Source: Amoebophrya sp. A120
Lineage: Eukaryota; Protista; Dinoflagellata
Assembly (NCBI GenBank): GCA_905178155.1
Contig: CAJINV010000001.1
Location: 3,983,706 to 4,047,705 of the forward strand
Direction of reading: 5' to 3'
Length of the DNA stretch: 64,000 bases
Positions 1-14,700 of this stretch are shown in pieces. The number at the start of each line of letters is the position of its first letter. Position 1 is the stretch's first letter. A program made the position numbers and the translations under genes. The notes below the pieces were generated by a model. It was not told the DNA's origin. It ran no database searches and worked only from the letters and a program-made list of their open reading frames with translations.

Positions 1-17
1 ATAGCTACGCCGACATT

Positions 18-1803
18 ATGGCTCCTTGCATAGTGCGTGCGACAGACCTGCCGCCACGGCGGAGCGAGGGAGGCGGGTTTATCATCGCAGACATCCTGTC
101 GGCCTATGAGTACAACGAGACGGACCCGTTCCTCATCTGGCACGAGCTCCCCAAAAAGCACATGGCGCGAGGCGAATTCCCCGGAGCGCCCATGCACCCC
201 CACCGAGGTTCATCATTTGAGTCTTGTTCGTAGAAGTAGTTATCTGCGTGGATCGTGATCTTCAATAGGAATAGCAACGCTGACGCACCACAACTTAGTC
301 GTAATATTGAATCCTCTAAAAAAGGAGCTTGTTGTATTGAAACCGCCCGGAAAGGACGAGCGGAAAAGTGAATGTGTGTGAGCATGGAAAAAGGAGCATC
401 AACATAAACATAAAGATGCAACATCGAGCTAGAGGCGTTTGTCGTGCTTCATCGTCCATTTTCTGAGTCGTGCGCAACGGATTTTTCTGAGAGCAAATGA
501 GCAACTATTTTCAATCCAGGTTTCAGCGAGGTCCCTTATTTCAAGCGGATGGGCGAGACGAAGTACACAAGAAAAGTGGCCGGAAAAGAGGTCGACGGGC
601 GCATGGGGGACGGGGACGTGGAGTGGGGAATGGCGGCGCACGGCATCGAGCACGGCGTTGTGGTGGACAGCAACTGGTCCGGCGAGATGCACGGCTTCCA
701 GCTGTGGGTGAATCTGCCTGACAAAAACAGAATGGATCCCCCGGAATTTCAGAACGCCGCATCCGCATCCATGCCGGTATTTGACTACCCGAAGAGCAAC
801 TTGAAGTGTAAAGTTCTCGTCGGGGAGCTCTGCGGCAACAAGAGCCCAATCCAGCCAAAATTCACGGAAGTCAACTACTTCGATTTCGAGATGCGGCCCG
901 GGGGCTACAGCAACCCCGCGCAGGTGAGCATCCCGCTCGTCCACGTGAGACGGATCCTGTACTGCTACAGCGGCACGCTCTGCATCTGCCCACAGGAATC
1001 CCAAAACGTCCACCACCAGCCCCCGGAAGCTGGGCGGGCCAGAGCAGATGGGGCGATACAGGTATGACGATAAGAGGAACGCATTAGAAATGATGTTGAG
1101 CATGTTCATGCTATGTGGGTGGCGTGCAGGATGATTTCAACATGTGATAAGTTTTTTGTGTTGCGCTTTCACTTCCTTTTCGCTAGCAGGTTGCTGGTCG
1201 ACTTATTCTTTTCCGTTCGTGTTTTAGCCGAAGCCGAAGCCCTCGGTAAGTTGACAGCAAGAAAATAATCAACACCTCGCACCAGCCGACAACCGCGTCT
1301 GCGCATTCCGCTCCGCATCCTTCCGCGCAGGGCGACGAAGCGACCTTCAGAAAGGTGTGCGGTCGATCTTCATCTTCCTGCGTTCCAATTTGCATTTGGC
1401 GCACAGCCACAGTGTCAGTTGTTTTTGCGTTCATTCTTGCGCGACCCGCATGAAAATGATTTTTGCAGGGGATGGTTGGCGTTCATCATACACATACTTA
1501 TAGTACTTAACGACAAAAATTTTGTCACAAAATATGAAAGAAATTAAAAATAAATTCATACTCCAACAGATCCACACCGGCGAAGTTGCGATGCTGGGCG
1601 AGCACGGCGACGAGCTTTTGTTGTCCAACATGTCCGAAGACTGCATGTTTCTCCTCATTACGGGAACCCCGCTCCGAGAACCCTGCGTGCAGTACGGACC
1701 ATTCGTGATGGGCAACAAGCAGGACGTCATGCAGGCGTTTTCCGACTTCCAAACGGGCAAACTGACCGAGAAGCCGGCGAAGTACACTAGGTATGGGTAC
1801 TAG
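18..1803 (+). CDS. Pirin family protein (3 exons: 18-207, 520-1061, 1570-1803)
   Basis: HPHRG|FSEV joined across GT-AG intron 208-519; pirin motifs GIEH, HGFQLWVNLP, C-terminal GTPLREPCVQYGPFVM. Confidence 0.9.
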
Positions 1804-3826
1804 AAAATAGAGGCAGATGAACCAGAAGCAGAGCATCACCTTCATCAACACGAGGCTGTTTGTAAGAGTTGGTTGCACAACGAACGTGACAGGAGAAAAA
1901 AATAATGGAGTGGAGGAGTTTATGTGTATGATGCAACAAGAGCAGGAGCACGTGAGTTGATTAGCTGCTTTTCTTTCTTCATATGTACGATTCTCTTCTT
2001 CACGAATCACGATCACAAAGAAACCAAGCCAAAGCCCGCAGTGGATGACCACCATGTAGTTGAATCAAGGTTAGCTGCCTCAGGATGTACAAATACAATT
2101 TGGATTGGACTATCCTGCATCGACCATGACACATAAACATACATGATGCAGCAGCGCTTACGGTGAGTGGCGGTGACGACTGCCCAACACAAAACATTTA
2201 GATTTACGACCTTGATGAAAGATAAAGAAATAGAAGGAGCGGAGGTTCTTGTCTATCTTTGTGCTAAAGGGCCATCGCGGGTGCTTCTTTTTGCGATTTT
2301 GTTTAAGGATTCGTGTCGGTCCCTCTACTCTTTTTTTCGACGCTTGAGGTGGAGATGATTCGGCAGTACTTCTCTGCCTGACCAACAAATCTTCGACATC
2401 GGCTGCATGAGAAATGTGCATCCCTTTGTCGGTGATTTGTCATTCAAGAAGAGTATAATCTATCCGCAAGAAAAACAAAGAGCTCCGGTGTCGGTCCTGA
2501 TCTGGGAAAAATGAAAATCAGTAACGGAGAAAACGATCGTCCACCAGAACCAAAATCTTCGGTAGAGCTAGATGAGGGGAACAGAATGCAGTTATTGAAA
2601 TTTGATCAGGCATAATTGTGATGATCCGATCTGAAGCTCCTTTGCAAGTCGGTAATAGAAGTTTTGTTCTAGAGAAATAGCTCTTTCTCTTGTACGAGTG
2701 GTACGAGTTGCCTGATCCAAGAAAGTGCTGATATAGTAAAAATTATGATCCACCTTCCACTTCTCCTGATCGGTCGGACAAACCACGAAAATGCAGAAGT
2801 ACACGTCGGGATGTGGGCTGTACGCATTGACATGCAAAATTTTGTTTTTCGGATCTGGTGCCAAAAGCATATTTCCATTTTGGTAAGTGAATCTGTCACG
2901 CCATTCCACAATCTGAACAGCGGCATTTCTTTTTCCAACATCATCAAAACCCCAATAACTTTTTTTTTCCGTAAGTGTTCTATCTCGACGCAACAGAAGC
3001 ACATAAGTAGAGTCTGAGTACAAAGTATAAAAAAGTTCATTTTTTTCGAGGTTTTCCTTGCGCTGCTCTCCAGCAGAGGTGGGCCGGGAGGCGTGCCTTC
3101 CGCTGATATTCTCAAGCCATTGGAACATCATTTCGTCAAAACTGAGAAACGGGAGCACGACAGGAACTCACCAAAAAAGTAGCAGCGTCAACAAACCGTA
3201 GCATAAGACTACGGGGAGTGGTAAGCGCATACGCACTGGCTAAAAGTAAAAACATTTTGAAAACCTCCTCTAAAGAAATTCTTATCCTCCTGTCTTTACC
3301 TCGATGAGTACAACCATGGCAACTCACTGTAAAATCATGACGACGCGCCACCTCAAGACTTTTTGATCTCGGCCCGGCGTTCAGCGAGGTCTCTTTTTTT
3401 GTAAATTCGTCTCCCGTCGTCTCTCTTGCCGAAGACAGCTTCAGTGCATCCGGTCCGCTACTGACACAAACTCTGACGAACTCCTGGAGTCTGGGATCGA
3501 TCGGGACCGAGAAGTTGATGTATTGAAAACGTACCACGACCACGAACACGTCTACAACTGGCAGGCAAAAATCAATTTCTGACCACAGGAGTAAGCGTGA
3601 CACCGAAAGAACGATAGAACGACACCAACAGCAACAGATTCCCCGAAGATAAAAATTGGAAAGAGGAAAGCGGAACCCAAACGAACCCCAGTGGAGAAAC
3701 GACGTGACTACAGGCATATTCTTATCAACAGCCGCGTCAAGAACAAGAAGGCGTTAAGCTTCTCGGCCGAACCCGGCGTGCGCAGAGGTGTTGATCACGA
3801 AGAAAAGTTCTCTCGAAAAAATAAAA

Positions 3827-6800
3827 ATGGTCGAGGCAACGACGTCGACCGGGCGCCAGGCGTTCAGCATCGAGCACCAGCAGAATGGTGGCGGTGTGCC
3901 CAGTCCTCGGACGGCACTACAGGCGAACTCAATACGAGGCGGAGTTGCAGCAGCAGCAGCTACTACTACATCAGCATCCAGCTCGTCAGTGAAAGGGAAC
4001 CCCAAAGCTGGAAGAAACGACAAGAACAGCAGAATCGTGATGTGCGTGCTGATTTTTTGTGTCTGCCTCGTTTTGTTCCTGTTTATCATGCAGATGAGCT
4101 TGATGGGGGCGACCTTCCAGCAAAGGCACGCACCACAAACGCAGGAGGAGCGCGAAGCGGAGCAGATGCGGGCGTTAGAGGAGCTATTCGACTCCGGCGA
4201 GGGCCCCACCATGAACGGCAGGAAAGTGAAAGTCGTGATCCGCTTCAACGGCGGCGGTGGCGCCAAGCTTCGGGGCGCCGGCCACGCGCTCGACGGCCTG
4301 GACGACGGCCTGCGGCAGTTGCTAGAGGGCAGTGCGAACCGCATCAGCGGTTCCTTGCTCCCCCATGTCCACGAGGTACACGGAAAAGAAGATCACAAAG
4401 AAATCAAGCACAACGAAGGAGGCGGCCAGATAATACGTATTTTACGTTTCATTTTTTGTACATAGCTCTTGGTGTTGTTGATGTTTTGAAAAATCCATTG
4501 TCTTGTAAATATGCATATGGTCAGCTGTGTAGTTCGAGCTCCATTCATTCTATTGATTGTTTCAAAAACTTGGTTCCGACTCCGAGCCACGAAGAGTTTT
4601 GAACTCTTTCTTCGCAGCTGCAAGAAAACACGACGTATTTATTCCACTTGTCCAATTTTTATCTTTACAGGCGTTACCCGGCGCATGAGCAACCCCTTCG
4701 TTTCCGCTGGAAATCCTTTTGACATGTTTGGCGGGGGCGAAGACCCGTTTGGCGACCCGTTTGCCGCCACCGAGGACCCGATTGAGGCCATGATGCAGGC
4801 CGCGCTCGGGGAAGCCATCGGTATGGGCGGTGGGGGCCCACCGGGGCATCAAATGGTAATGCACTCGGGGAACCACGACAACCATGCCGTTCGTGTGGTG
4901 CGGCTCGGGAACCCGCAGGAGGCGATGGACTCGCTGTTTCCGATGATGATGCTCTCTACCCTCATGGAAAGCGGGATTTTGTCGCACATCATGAAGGACC
5001 TGTCCAGCAAGTACGGCAACGCGCCCAAGGAGTTCAAGGATCCGGTCACCGACGCCCTGCTGGACGAACCCGGGTACATCTACTGGCCCAAGAAGGACAC
5101 GCTCTGGAAAGAGCGGGCGTTCGAAATCCACCAGATCAAACACTGGTATAAGGAAATAAATCGAAATTATGTCTAATGCTGAATATTGACCAAGGTATGC
5201 CCATGCGTTGTATTTTTCAATTTCATCGCGCGAACAAGTAGATGAAGCGGCCCTCGCCCACCTGCAGTGCGGTCATACAATTGTCTTCGTGGTGGGCTTT
5301 GTCTTCGTGGTGGTCTTCGTGTTGAACTTGAAGTGCACGTTGTGCATGAACAAGACCATGACGTCAAAATGTCGAGAACTACATCATTTTCATTGAATAA
5401 ATGGAATTAAAGACGACACTACTATAACTTCGTTCCTACTTTGTGATAGGTTCAAGATCGGCAAGACCACGAACCCGGCGAACGACGCGGAGATGCCGGG
5501 TCGTTTCGACGTGGAGCCCGCGCCCGAGCTGAAGAAGCGCATCCAGGAGTGGAAGGCGGAGCAGGACGCCGAGGAAGCGAAGAAGCGGCAGGATCCGCAC
5601 GCGGCAAAGAACGTCGACGAGGGACTGGCCTACGACGACAAGGGCAACCTGGTGCCGGAAGTGAAGAACGCGCGCGGGCAGGCGGAAGCGATGACGGCGG
5701 AGGCGGTGCACAGCGAGGAGATCCACCTGTGGCAAGAATCCAAGTGCGCGCTCACGCAAAAGCGGCTTCTGGAACTCGCGTCGCCCGTCACGCGCGACGG
5801 CGTCAACTTCTACGAAGCAACGGCATTGGATGAGTTTTTGCGACATAACCCAAAGGACCCGGCCACCCAGGTCGTCGCCGTGCGCTCAGAGTACATCGGG
5901 GCAAAAGGTATAGTTTTGACGAGTTGCCGTACCTACAACTCATTTGGCCGCGTCTCGAGATCCTGATAAGATAGCCATAGCATACAACTTAGTACTACTT
6001 GTAGGTAGTGTTATTTGGCAAGAACGTGGTGCCGAGATCAAATACAAAGAATTGAGGCTGAGCTTCTTGCACAACAACTGAGTGTCATGTCCTTATTTGA
6101 TGATGATCTCCATCTTTCCGTGAAATTATGAATTGAAAAATCAGATCTGATCGCGGAGTTTGGCAAGAGCGCGCCTCACGGCAAGGCCACGCCGATGGAC
6201 GCGGCGCGGGCACTGCACCTGGCTGGGCAGCGGTTTAACGAGAAGACGCTGACCTACAATGCCTTCAAGGCGCGAGCGGTGCGGATTTTCACCAACGGCC
6301 ACGCGTCCTGGGAGCCCGCGAAGGGGAAGAAAAAACGGGTCTTGGTGCTCTCGGCGGAGGAAGACGACGGCGCGCAGCACATGCTCAAGGAACAGTTTCT
6401 GCGAAAGGGGTTCGAGGAGGTGGACGTAAAAAACTTCAAGACGCCGGAAGAATTTCAGGCGCACCAGAACTTCGCCGCGGAGGGCTACGTACTTTTTTTT
6501 GTTTTTACAGAAAATGAAGTTAGCGCTAAGATGCTTTTGCATTTTTCAGTGCGTGTTGTGGCATCTTGTTCGATCGCTTCGAGCAAATGGATGATGTATG
6601 ATATTTTTAGCAAAACAAAAACTCGACCAACAGGACGAGATGTACGACCTCGGAGTCCTTCCCAAGGCGCACCGCAAAAGCACGGAGAGCATCGCGGGCT
6701 TCTGGAGCAAGATCAAGTCCTTGTTCTCCAACGATTCCGCGCAATTCACGACGATGAGCGCGATGGATGCAGAGGTAAAAATAACGCGACTACTTACTAG

Positions 6801-7135
6801 GTAGTATGATACGGATTGATTATTTGCATGCGACTAGGTAGCTGTGTGATGATGGTCGTCAACATACACTTTAGGGTTACATTCAATTAGACTTGACGCA
6901 GGGGCGTAATATTGAACACTGAAACAAACCGAAAATAGTTCGGTGGTGCCAGTAGTGTTGGAGCTTAGCTATTGTAAAAACTCATCAACTACAGGACCTC
7001 GAGGCCGCTCATAAGCTCGCGTGCAAAGAGGGCAAGGAGAAAGACTGCCGCGCGCTGCAAATTCTTTCCGTCCAGAACGTCAACGGCGTGACGCAAACCA
7101 GATGGGTGCCCAAGCCAAAACATACCGAGTTCTAG
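3827..7135 (+). CDS. Signal-anchored protein with two U-box-like domains (6 exons, GT-AG introns)
   Basis: TM segment IVMCVLIFCVCLVLFLFIM; U-box-like EFKDPVTDALLDEP...FEIHQIKHW|FKIGKTTNPAN...PELKKRIQEW and KCALTQK...FYEATALDEFLRHNPKDPAT; phase-compatible GT-AG introns (e.g. 4437-4670, 5146-5449); ends KHTEF*. Confidence 0.65.
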
Positions 7136-9096
7136 TAACAGGGCCGATCTGATGAAAGAACCGACACACGCACGACACACACATGACGCGACAAAAGAAA
7201 AAGGAGAAGCGACTACGACAAGAGCACGATAGTATTTTTACATGACGAAAAGGAAAAAGACGCCGTCCCGCTTCCCGTTAGTCGCTCGTCTACTACGACC
7301 TTATAATATATCAACACCTCATCTGCTTTCGCTTGTCGCCAACTAAGCGGAAAGAAGAGGCACTGAAGACGAAGGAGCAAGCGGCCCTCATGTCATGGAG
7401 ACATATGAATCCGTCATGATCATGAAGTAGTGAACGATGAACATTTTTTTTTAACAGGTGGATCCTGCTGTACTTTAAGTTTTTTCTAGTGGTTGTGCTC
7501 CCCATGACTGCTAACGAAGTTCTATAAATTATGTGAGAAGATCGCGATCGCCCTAAAATCTAGAAACGCGGCATGAGTCAAAGTAGACACGACAAGTACG
7601 AGCCGCGCGGCGCGGGTCGTGCTCGTCCTCGTGTCTACTTCGTCTCACGAATAAAGGGTGGAAGCGTAGAGATTATGACGTAGACGTGCTGATTTTTGGC
7701 TATCGTGGTGATTATGACGTGACTTTTTTGTCTATCAACTCAAAGATCCGACTTGCCTCAGGGACTCCGTCCGACGAGATCTAAATCGAGTATGGGTAGG
7801 TACTCTAGCTATGTAGGAGAAAAATACTAAACGCGGCACTCTCCTCCTCTGTTTTTGAGCCTTTTGGCATGAAGATGCGCATGATAAATAACATGATAAC
7901 AACCCCCGAACCTGAGGAGCGCATAGGCATAGCCATAGTACAACACGTTGTATGTAGCTGATCTTTCTTTTGTGTGGCATGGTTGATCGATTTCTTCTTT
8001 TGACATGATACAGTGGAAATGAAATGGAAAATATGCGGGAGAATATGAGTTCCCCTTCCAGTAGAGGCGACAGCTGAAAAGTGAAGAACAAGAAGTCAGT
8101 GAACCACGAAGAAATTTGGTGGCAACTACAAACGACGAGTAAAAGCGAACGTAGAATAAAGAAATCGAAATCTCAGACACGACGAACTGAACGGTTGTAG
8201 GAAGCCGTGCGACTTCCGATGTGGCAGCCCTTGTTTCTCGCCCATGAGACCTTGACGTCATTTGCCTATCTTCAGGACGATGAGAATGTGTTCAGTAATA
8301 TAACAAGTTCGCCCTCTTGTTCTAGCAGTTGCTACAGGTGCAGCAGCTGCGACATCAAATTCAAAACAATAGCAGAACGAGAACGACTACATCTTCTCGA
8401 CTTACGTCGAGTTTTAGTCATCAATCTTGAGAAGATGAAGATCCAACTGACAATCATAATATTGGCTGGGCGCATGTTCTTGCGCCTGGCAACACAGCAC
8501 GATAATGGTTCTCTTCTATTTCCGCGACGACAAAGAAAAAGATCACATTTCTCCTAACCGACCGACCTAGTCGCTGCGCAGTTCGTGGCGTGGTTCGTAC
8601 GAGACACAATAGCGATAACTACACTCAAGCGATGAATACATAGAAAGGGCGTTTGAACTCTGATTTTAGTATGTTCTTGCTCTCCGGTTTTCGTTTTAGC
8701 GCTACAGCCACTTTCTACACCTTGTCCGAGGCACCAAGTGCTATATTCAAAGAAAAAGATATAAGAAACTCGAGCTGGTGTGAATTCACCAACTCCCTAC
8801 AAGTTCAAGTCCAACTTAAAGCGCAATAAACTTTTACTCAGCGACCATAATGGTAATAGATCAACAACTTTTAGGTTAGAATTGAATTTTTATCTTCATC
8901 TGGCGACAGCAGTTAGAAGGTAGCGACACGAAACACGACAGGATTTTTCACCTATACACTCTGACTCTGTAGTACTTCTAGATCAAGTTGCCTATCTATC
9001 TTCAGTGTCAAAAGTAGTTTTTAAATACGACCAGAAGATATTTTTCTTTTAGTTTGATTCTCCAAGCGACCTTATCCTTAACCTTATTGATTCACG

Positions 9097-10696
9097 ATGG
9101 CGGGCACTGGACAGGGATACGATCTGTCGGTAACGACTTATTCCCCGGATGGCAGAATCTTCCAGATTGACTACGCCCAGAAATGCGTGGACAGCTCACC
9201 CACGTGTTTGGCAATGATCTGCAAGGACGGCGTTGTTTTGGCTTCGCAGAAGCTGAAGCTCTCCAAAATGCTCGTCCACGGGACCAACCGCCGGGCTTAC
9301 GCCATCTCAAAAACGTCGGGCTGCGTGGTTTGCGGAATGGTATCCTAGTAGATAATTTTAAGCTTTTGATGGCTATTTTTTCATCCTGCCTGACCAAGAA
9401 TTTCAATTTACTGGCAAGTGGAAGTGCAAATGGCGTCCAATTCTGTTTGCTTTTATCAGCTGAATGGTGAATACTAGCGGCTGCTGCACATGCTGCGCAT
9501 CTTCCTCCCTCTGCGCCGCTCGGGCAATATGAATAAGCAAGAAGAATAAACAAACCAGGTTCCAGAGGGTCGCAATGTGGTCGCCCGCGCAAGGCAAGAG
9601 GCGCAGTCCTACAAGAAAAACTACGGGGAGGTCGTCCCGGGCTATCTCCTGGCCGAGCGACTCGGGTTTTACATGCACCACTACACTCTGTACGCCTCCC
9701 TGCGACCGATTGGATCCGCGGTGCTACTCGTATGCATTGCAAAAGTAACGTACTAGTGCAACTTGCATTACAAGTTTTCTCAGAATGGAAAATGGAGTTT
9801 GTATTGCTGGTTTACCTTGGGAAGCAGATTTGTCATTGCAAGTCTGCAATTAGGTCGAGTGCGATACTTTTGCAAGGCATAACTCGCGTCCTACGACGAA
9901 TCCCCGTCCAACCCGATATTACAGTGAAAAGTGCCCCCCACCCCCAAAGTTGCAAAAATTTGTGATGCGAAGTTTCCAAATGAAGCCTTTTTGTCATGCA
10001 TGAAAGGAATATGAATCTTTCTGATGCAGATTCTAGTGCTGTTTCGCATCGCTTGCATAACAAGCACCGCTCTTGCTGGGATCTTTTGCAATACAAATTT
10101 TTGCTATTCCCGATCGGAAATCTGTGATGCTGATACATGCAAGAGGGCGAATGTTTCATTTGGAAAGGTTTGCAATACAAATGCTTTCAAGTTCGGGGGT
10201 GGGGGCATTTTTCATTGCAATACCCGAAGGTAAAAGTCCCCACCCTCTTCTCCGTCGAGCCGAACGGCTTGGTGCAGAAGTGGTTCGGCCGCGCGATGGG
10301 CAAGGGACGGCAGTTGGCAAACACGGAAATCGAGAAACTGGACTTGAAAACGTTGACGGTGAAAGAGTCCCTGTTTCACATCGCCCGCATCTTCCACAAG
10401 GTCCACGACGAAAGCAAGGCGTTCGAGATTGAGGTAAGGGTGCCTACAACTCCTTTTGCAGCACTTCATCTATGTGTATGTATCGTAACCTTGTTTGACT
10501 TTGATGAAAATTCAAATTGAATTTCTTTTTCGCAAGGATGTTGAAGAATAAGAAATTCAAATTTGAATGATTGATTACCTGCTAGGTGAATTGGATTTGC
10601 GAGGGGAGCAAGTGGCAGCATGAGGTGGTCCCAGCAGCATTGATTGCCGAAGCGGAGGAGGCGGCAAAGAAGGCGATCGAGGACGAGGATGAGTAG
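9097..10696 (+). CDS. PSMA3: 20S proteasome subunit alpha type-3 (alpha-7); 5 exons, two non-canonical TIR introns
   Basis: MAGTGQGYDLSVTTYSPDGRIFQIDYA signature; YTLYASLRPIG; GKGRQLANTEIEKL; acidic C-terminus; frame restored only by removing 9731-9886 and 9917-10227. Confidence 0.93.
9731..9881. mobile_element. Introner/MITE family A (reverse orientation), non-canonical intron of proteasome alpha-7
   Basis: TIR tatgcattgcaaaagtaacgtact / agtgcgatacttttgcaaggcata; 5-bp DR actcg (9726-9730, 9882-9886); removal gives AVLL-ASYD. Confidence 0.9.
9917..10222. mobile_element. Introner/MITE (family C), non-canonical intron of proteasome alpha-7
   Basis: TIR tattacagtgaaaagtgcccccc.. / ..gggggcatttttcattgcaata; DR cccga (9912-9916, 10223-10227); removal gives SNP-KVKVPTLFSVEPNG. 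Confidence 0.9.
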
Positions 10697-11785
10697 CTGT
10701 TGTGAAAAATAAACCAGGTGGTGGCCGCGAAAAAAACAATACGAGATGAAAGCTGGTCAGACAAAGATTTTTTTAAAGCTGCCCTTAGATTCGTTTTATT
10801 TTCTCGGCTAGTACCAACGTGACGATCTACAGCGACACGCTGTGTGGAACGAAGTACGAACTTTACCCCGCCATACCATGTCACTCAGGATCCCATCTCC
10901 TGGGAGGTGCTCCAGGAAAACAACGGGAAGATCATATGGTACCGTAGAAACAGTACTACAGCGGCTGCCGAGCCTATTCAACTTCGTCGACGTGGTGTTT
11001 CCACCAAATAACAAAACTTCCCTGCGCTTTCACAGACTGCAGTTGGAAGAAAGTTTAGTTGACCTCCACGTCATGATCGTGATGAGGGCCTAGCTGCTAA
11101 TAATGTTCATGGTTCGGCTCTTGTCGGCGCACGATGATCTGTTCTCGTACATTCTTCTGCGGAAGCGCCACCAGATGATGCTAGTATGGGTGATTTCGTT
11201 CATATGGATCATGCGCATATCAAATAAAGTGGCATGAGCAGTTCGTTGTTGTGTATCATGAGGAGCAGTGTCAGTTGGAGAGCGCCAAAAATTTATACAC
11301 GTTCAACTTCCGATCGGATCACGCGAGCAGCAGGAGAAGATCTTATACATCACAGGGCGAGCAGACTGTCGTTTTTTCGTCACTCAATCAACTTGTTTGA
11401 CCTCGATCTTCTTTTAGCATGCGCGTTTGCGGTCTCATCTTTTGCTTTTGCATATACAATGTTCAAGATCAAATAAAGTTCACGCTGGATTGTGCCTTTT
11501 GCATGCGTCCCGGGTATCAGGAGGTGAACCCGCTCGCAGATCTGGGCGAGCCTACCTTGCTTTTGTAGTGTCGGTTAGCGCATCCGCATCAAGTGCGCTA
11601 ATCGTCCTCTACGTTTTGTAAGTTCCTTATCCTTTTTTTTCGTGATGTTTGTTGAAGATGCCGACCACGCGCAGTCGATGTCTTATTGAAGAAAAACAAT
11701 GACCAATTGCAATTCCATGTAGAGGCGGCGCGCAACCTGAACATCAACCGAGGCTAAACTTAAACAAAGAAACGCATACGCCAAC

Positions 11786-14700
11786 ATGCCGCGCGTCGCC
11801 CCTGTGGGCGACCAGAAGTATGCGGTGAGGCGCCTGGTCGCCGAGAAGAACTCGCTTTTCTTTCCTCTGGCATTTCTGTTTGTGATGCGCATCCTCAGTG
11901 CTTTGTACGCACCGATGGACGACTGCGACGAAGTTTTCAACTACTGGGAGCCCGTCCACTACCAGATCTTTGGACACGGCCTGCAAACGTGGGAGTACAG
12001 CGAGCAATACGCCTTGCGGAGCTACGCGTATCTGCTCCTCTTCACCGTTTTTGGGCGGATCTACCACATTTCCTTCTCGGGCTTTCTGCTGCCACTACAG
12101 TTATTAGTTGGAGGAGGTTCCACGACACCTGGTGTAAATTTGAGTTTTCCCGAAGATGTAGAAGTTCAGGATCCTGGTGGTATCTCGTCGTGGTTCTTGA
12201 CAAGATCTGGCAACATCTTACCTGCACTTATTCCCGGGAAAGGAGCGGAGAATTTGACACTCGAGCAGACGCTAACACGCACGACGCTTTTTTACGCGAT
12301 TCGGATTTTTTGCGTCGCGATACCGTGTTTTCTGAGCGAGCGCTTCCTCGTGTACTCTTTGCAACGGCTGGAGGAGCGATGGGGCGGGCGGCACTGGCAG
12401 TGTCCGATTGAACAAATAGAGGTGCCAGACCCGGAGCTGGAGCGAGAGGGGGCGCAAGCGTCACGTGGCGGCATGATGACGATGGAAGTGGCCCCTGCCA
12501 GCGGGGACGAGCAGGACCTTCCCGCCAGCGGGGACGACGATGTCGACGCCGGGACCAGGCGACGGGACCGAGACGCGGACGCAAACTGGAGAGATGTCGA
12601 GGACGAGCGAACGTTGCGATCCGAGCTGCGGCACCGAGGCGGGGTGAGACCACCGCGGGCATTGGCGATGAACCAGCCGGCAACGCAGCGGCGCGACTGG
12701 TTCAAGCGGACGCCGCATCACTTGTCGGCGCACCTAGCTTGCGTCCTCGCGACCACGCCTGGGATGTTCATAGCGTCCTCCGCGATGCTGCCCAGCACCT
12801 TCTTCATGATCGGCGCAAACTTCGTCTGGGGTGCGTGGATTCGCGCGTACGCGACCTACGGGCCCTGCCGATACCTCACGGTAAGTAGAGCGCATACTCT
12901 TTTTTATCTTCTTCTTCATATCGAAGTTCTTGTGTACTATAGCTTTATCGATTCATGAAAAACAAAAGGAAAGAGATCATGTATGATCGGGGGGCACCTC
13001 GACCTCGAGATAGGTCTTGAGCTTCACGATCTTGAGTAGAGGGCGTTGATTGTTTCACTCTAAATGTAAATAGACATGTTACCACCTTCTATATCCTATT
13101 CCTGCTGTGAACTACTTCCAACTGTTTTCTACACAGCACATCCGGCACACCCGAGGCCTGAACGCTAGCCGGTGGAATTGGTGGCTTTTTGGAACTTTCG
13201 CTTCCATCGCCACGACGCTGTGGTCGGGTTGGCCCTTCGCCGCGCTCATTTTCGTCGCTTTCGCCCTCGTGTATCGTGAGAAAAAAGTGTTACAGTTACA
13301 CATTCTGTTGCAGGAGCCGCAAGACAGCCAACCTTTGTCATGCAGGAAAGGCTTGCGAGCCTCGTTTCCTACGTGTTTTCCCTTAAGATCTTTGCATTAC
13401 TGCCACACAGAGAAAATTTGTGATGCAGAAACTCCAACAAATGTGTAACTGTAACACTTTTTTCTTGTGATATCGTGGCGCTTTCGTCTAATCGAAGGCG
13501 TTTATTCCGACTCGTTTTCTATGCGGGGATCTTCGCCGCGTCGCTCGCTTATTTCGTTTCCCTGGTCGACTGGTATTTCTATGACCAGAAACCTGGGACC
13601 TTCGAGAAGCTTCCGCTGTTCAACAACATTCTGTACAACGCGCCGCAGTCTGTGAAAAGGCTGTACTTTCGCGATCATCCTGGTGGAATGCCGCCGGGCA
13701 GTGAGCTCTACGGCGTGGAACCGATGACCTTCTACGTCAAGAACCTCTTTCTGAACTTCAACACCCTGTTCATCTGTGCGGTCGCAGCGATACCCTTCGT
13801 CACCGTGCGAGGCAGATGGTTCCGGACGTGGTATTTATGCAAGGGAAGAGAGATAATCATGCTGAATGGATTCGATAATCATTCAGTGTTGGTGCGATTT
13901 TTCGACTGGTCGTTTAGAATAAAGCAATATGAAGAGCAAGCTAAGTAGTCAAGCAGCATCTTTTTTTTATAGCGGCAGAACAGAGCGTCAGCGTTGCAAC
14001 ACCGTCACCGACCTCCTGTGCAAAGTCACTCTCTTCCCCTGAAGACTAGTTTAATTCGCAGTCCAATCGAGACGAGGTGGACACGGATGCGGTGCTGTTT
14101 CTCACTGACGGGGAGATTTTCCGCCACCTGGTCGTAGGTTTGGTCGCATGGCTGGGGTTGTTGAGTATGCTACCGCACAAGGAGGAACGATTCTTGTTTC
14201 CGGTCTACCCCTTGATCTGCCTCTACGGGCTGGTATATGATTGAAGATGATGATGATGATGCAGCATATACGATGATATTTTTTCCGTAAAAATTTTGTT
14301 GATGTCAATTAGTGAGTCGCGTGTTTTGAGTTGTAACAAGTGCGTGCGCGGCGCCCCATAATTGATTCTTCATTTCTCCCAGGAAGTGAGCCAAATTGAT
14401 ATAAGTTTAAGTACAAACCAACGCAGATTGGCCTGGTATGGTTTTCGCCGAATATCAAGTCCTATTGGGTGGCTTCCGTGCCACTCTCCCTTATCCGGAT
14501 TTTCGCCATAGTTTTCTATTACTCCGACCCGATAAATCGTGTGTGGATGCGGGCACTGACGCTGTCTTACGCAAACCCTGGGAGCACGTTCTGCGTCGGT
14601 GACCAGTGGCACAAATTCCCAAGTCACTTTTTCCTCGAACCAAACGCCAGGCTGCACTTTCTGCAAACTCCGTTCGACGGAATACTGCCGGGACACTTTC

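Noticed and set aside
2592-3158. 188-aa minus-strand ORF in an intergenic gap
   Set aside because: There is no recognisable domain, the codon style differs from the GC3-rich genes, and the strand is opposite to all neighbours. It could be real but is not supportable from sequence alone.
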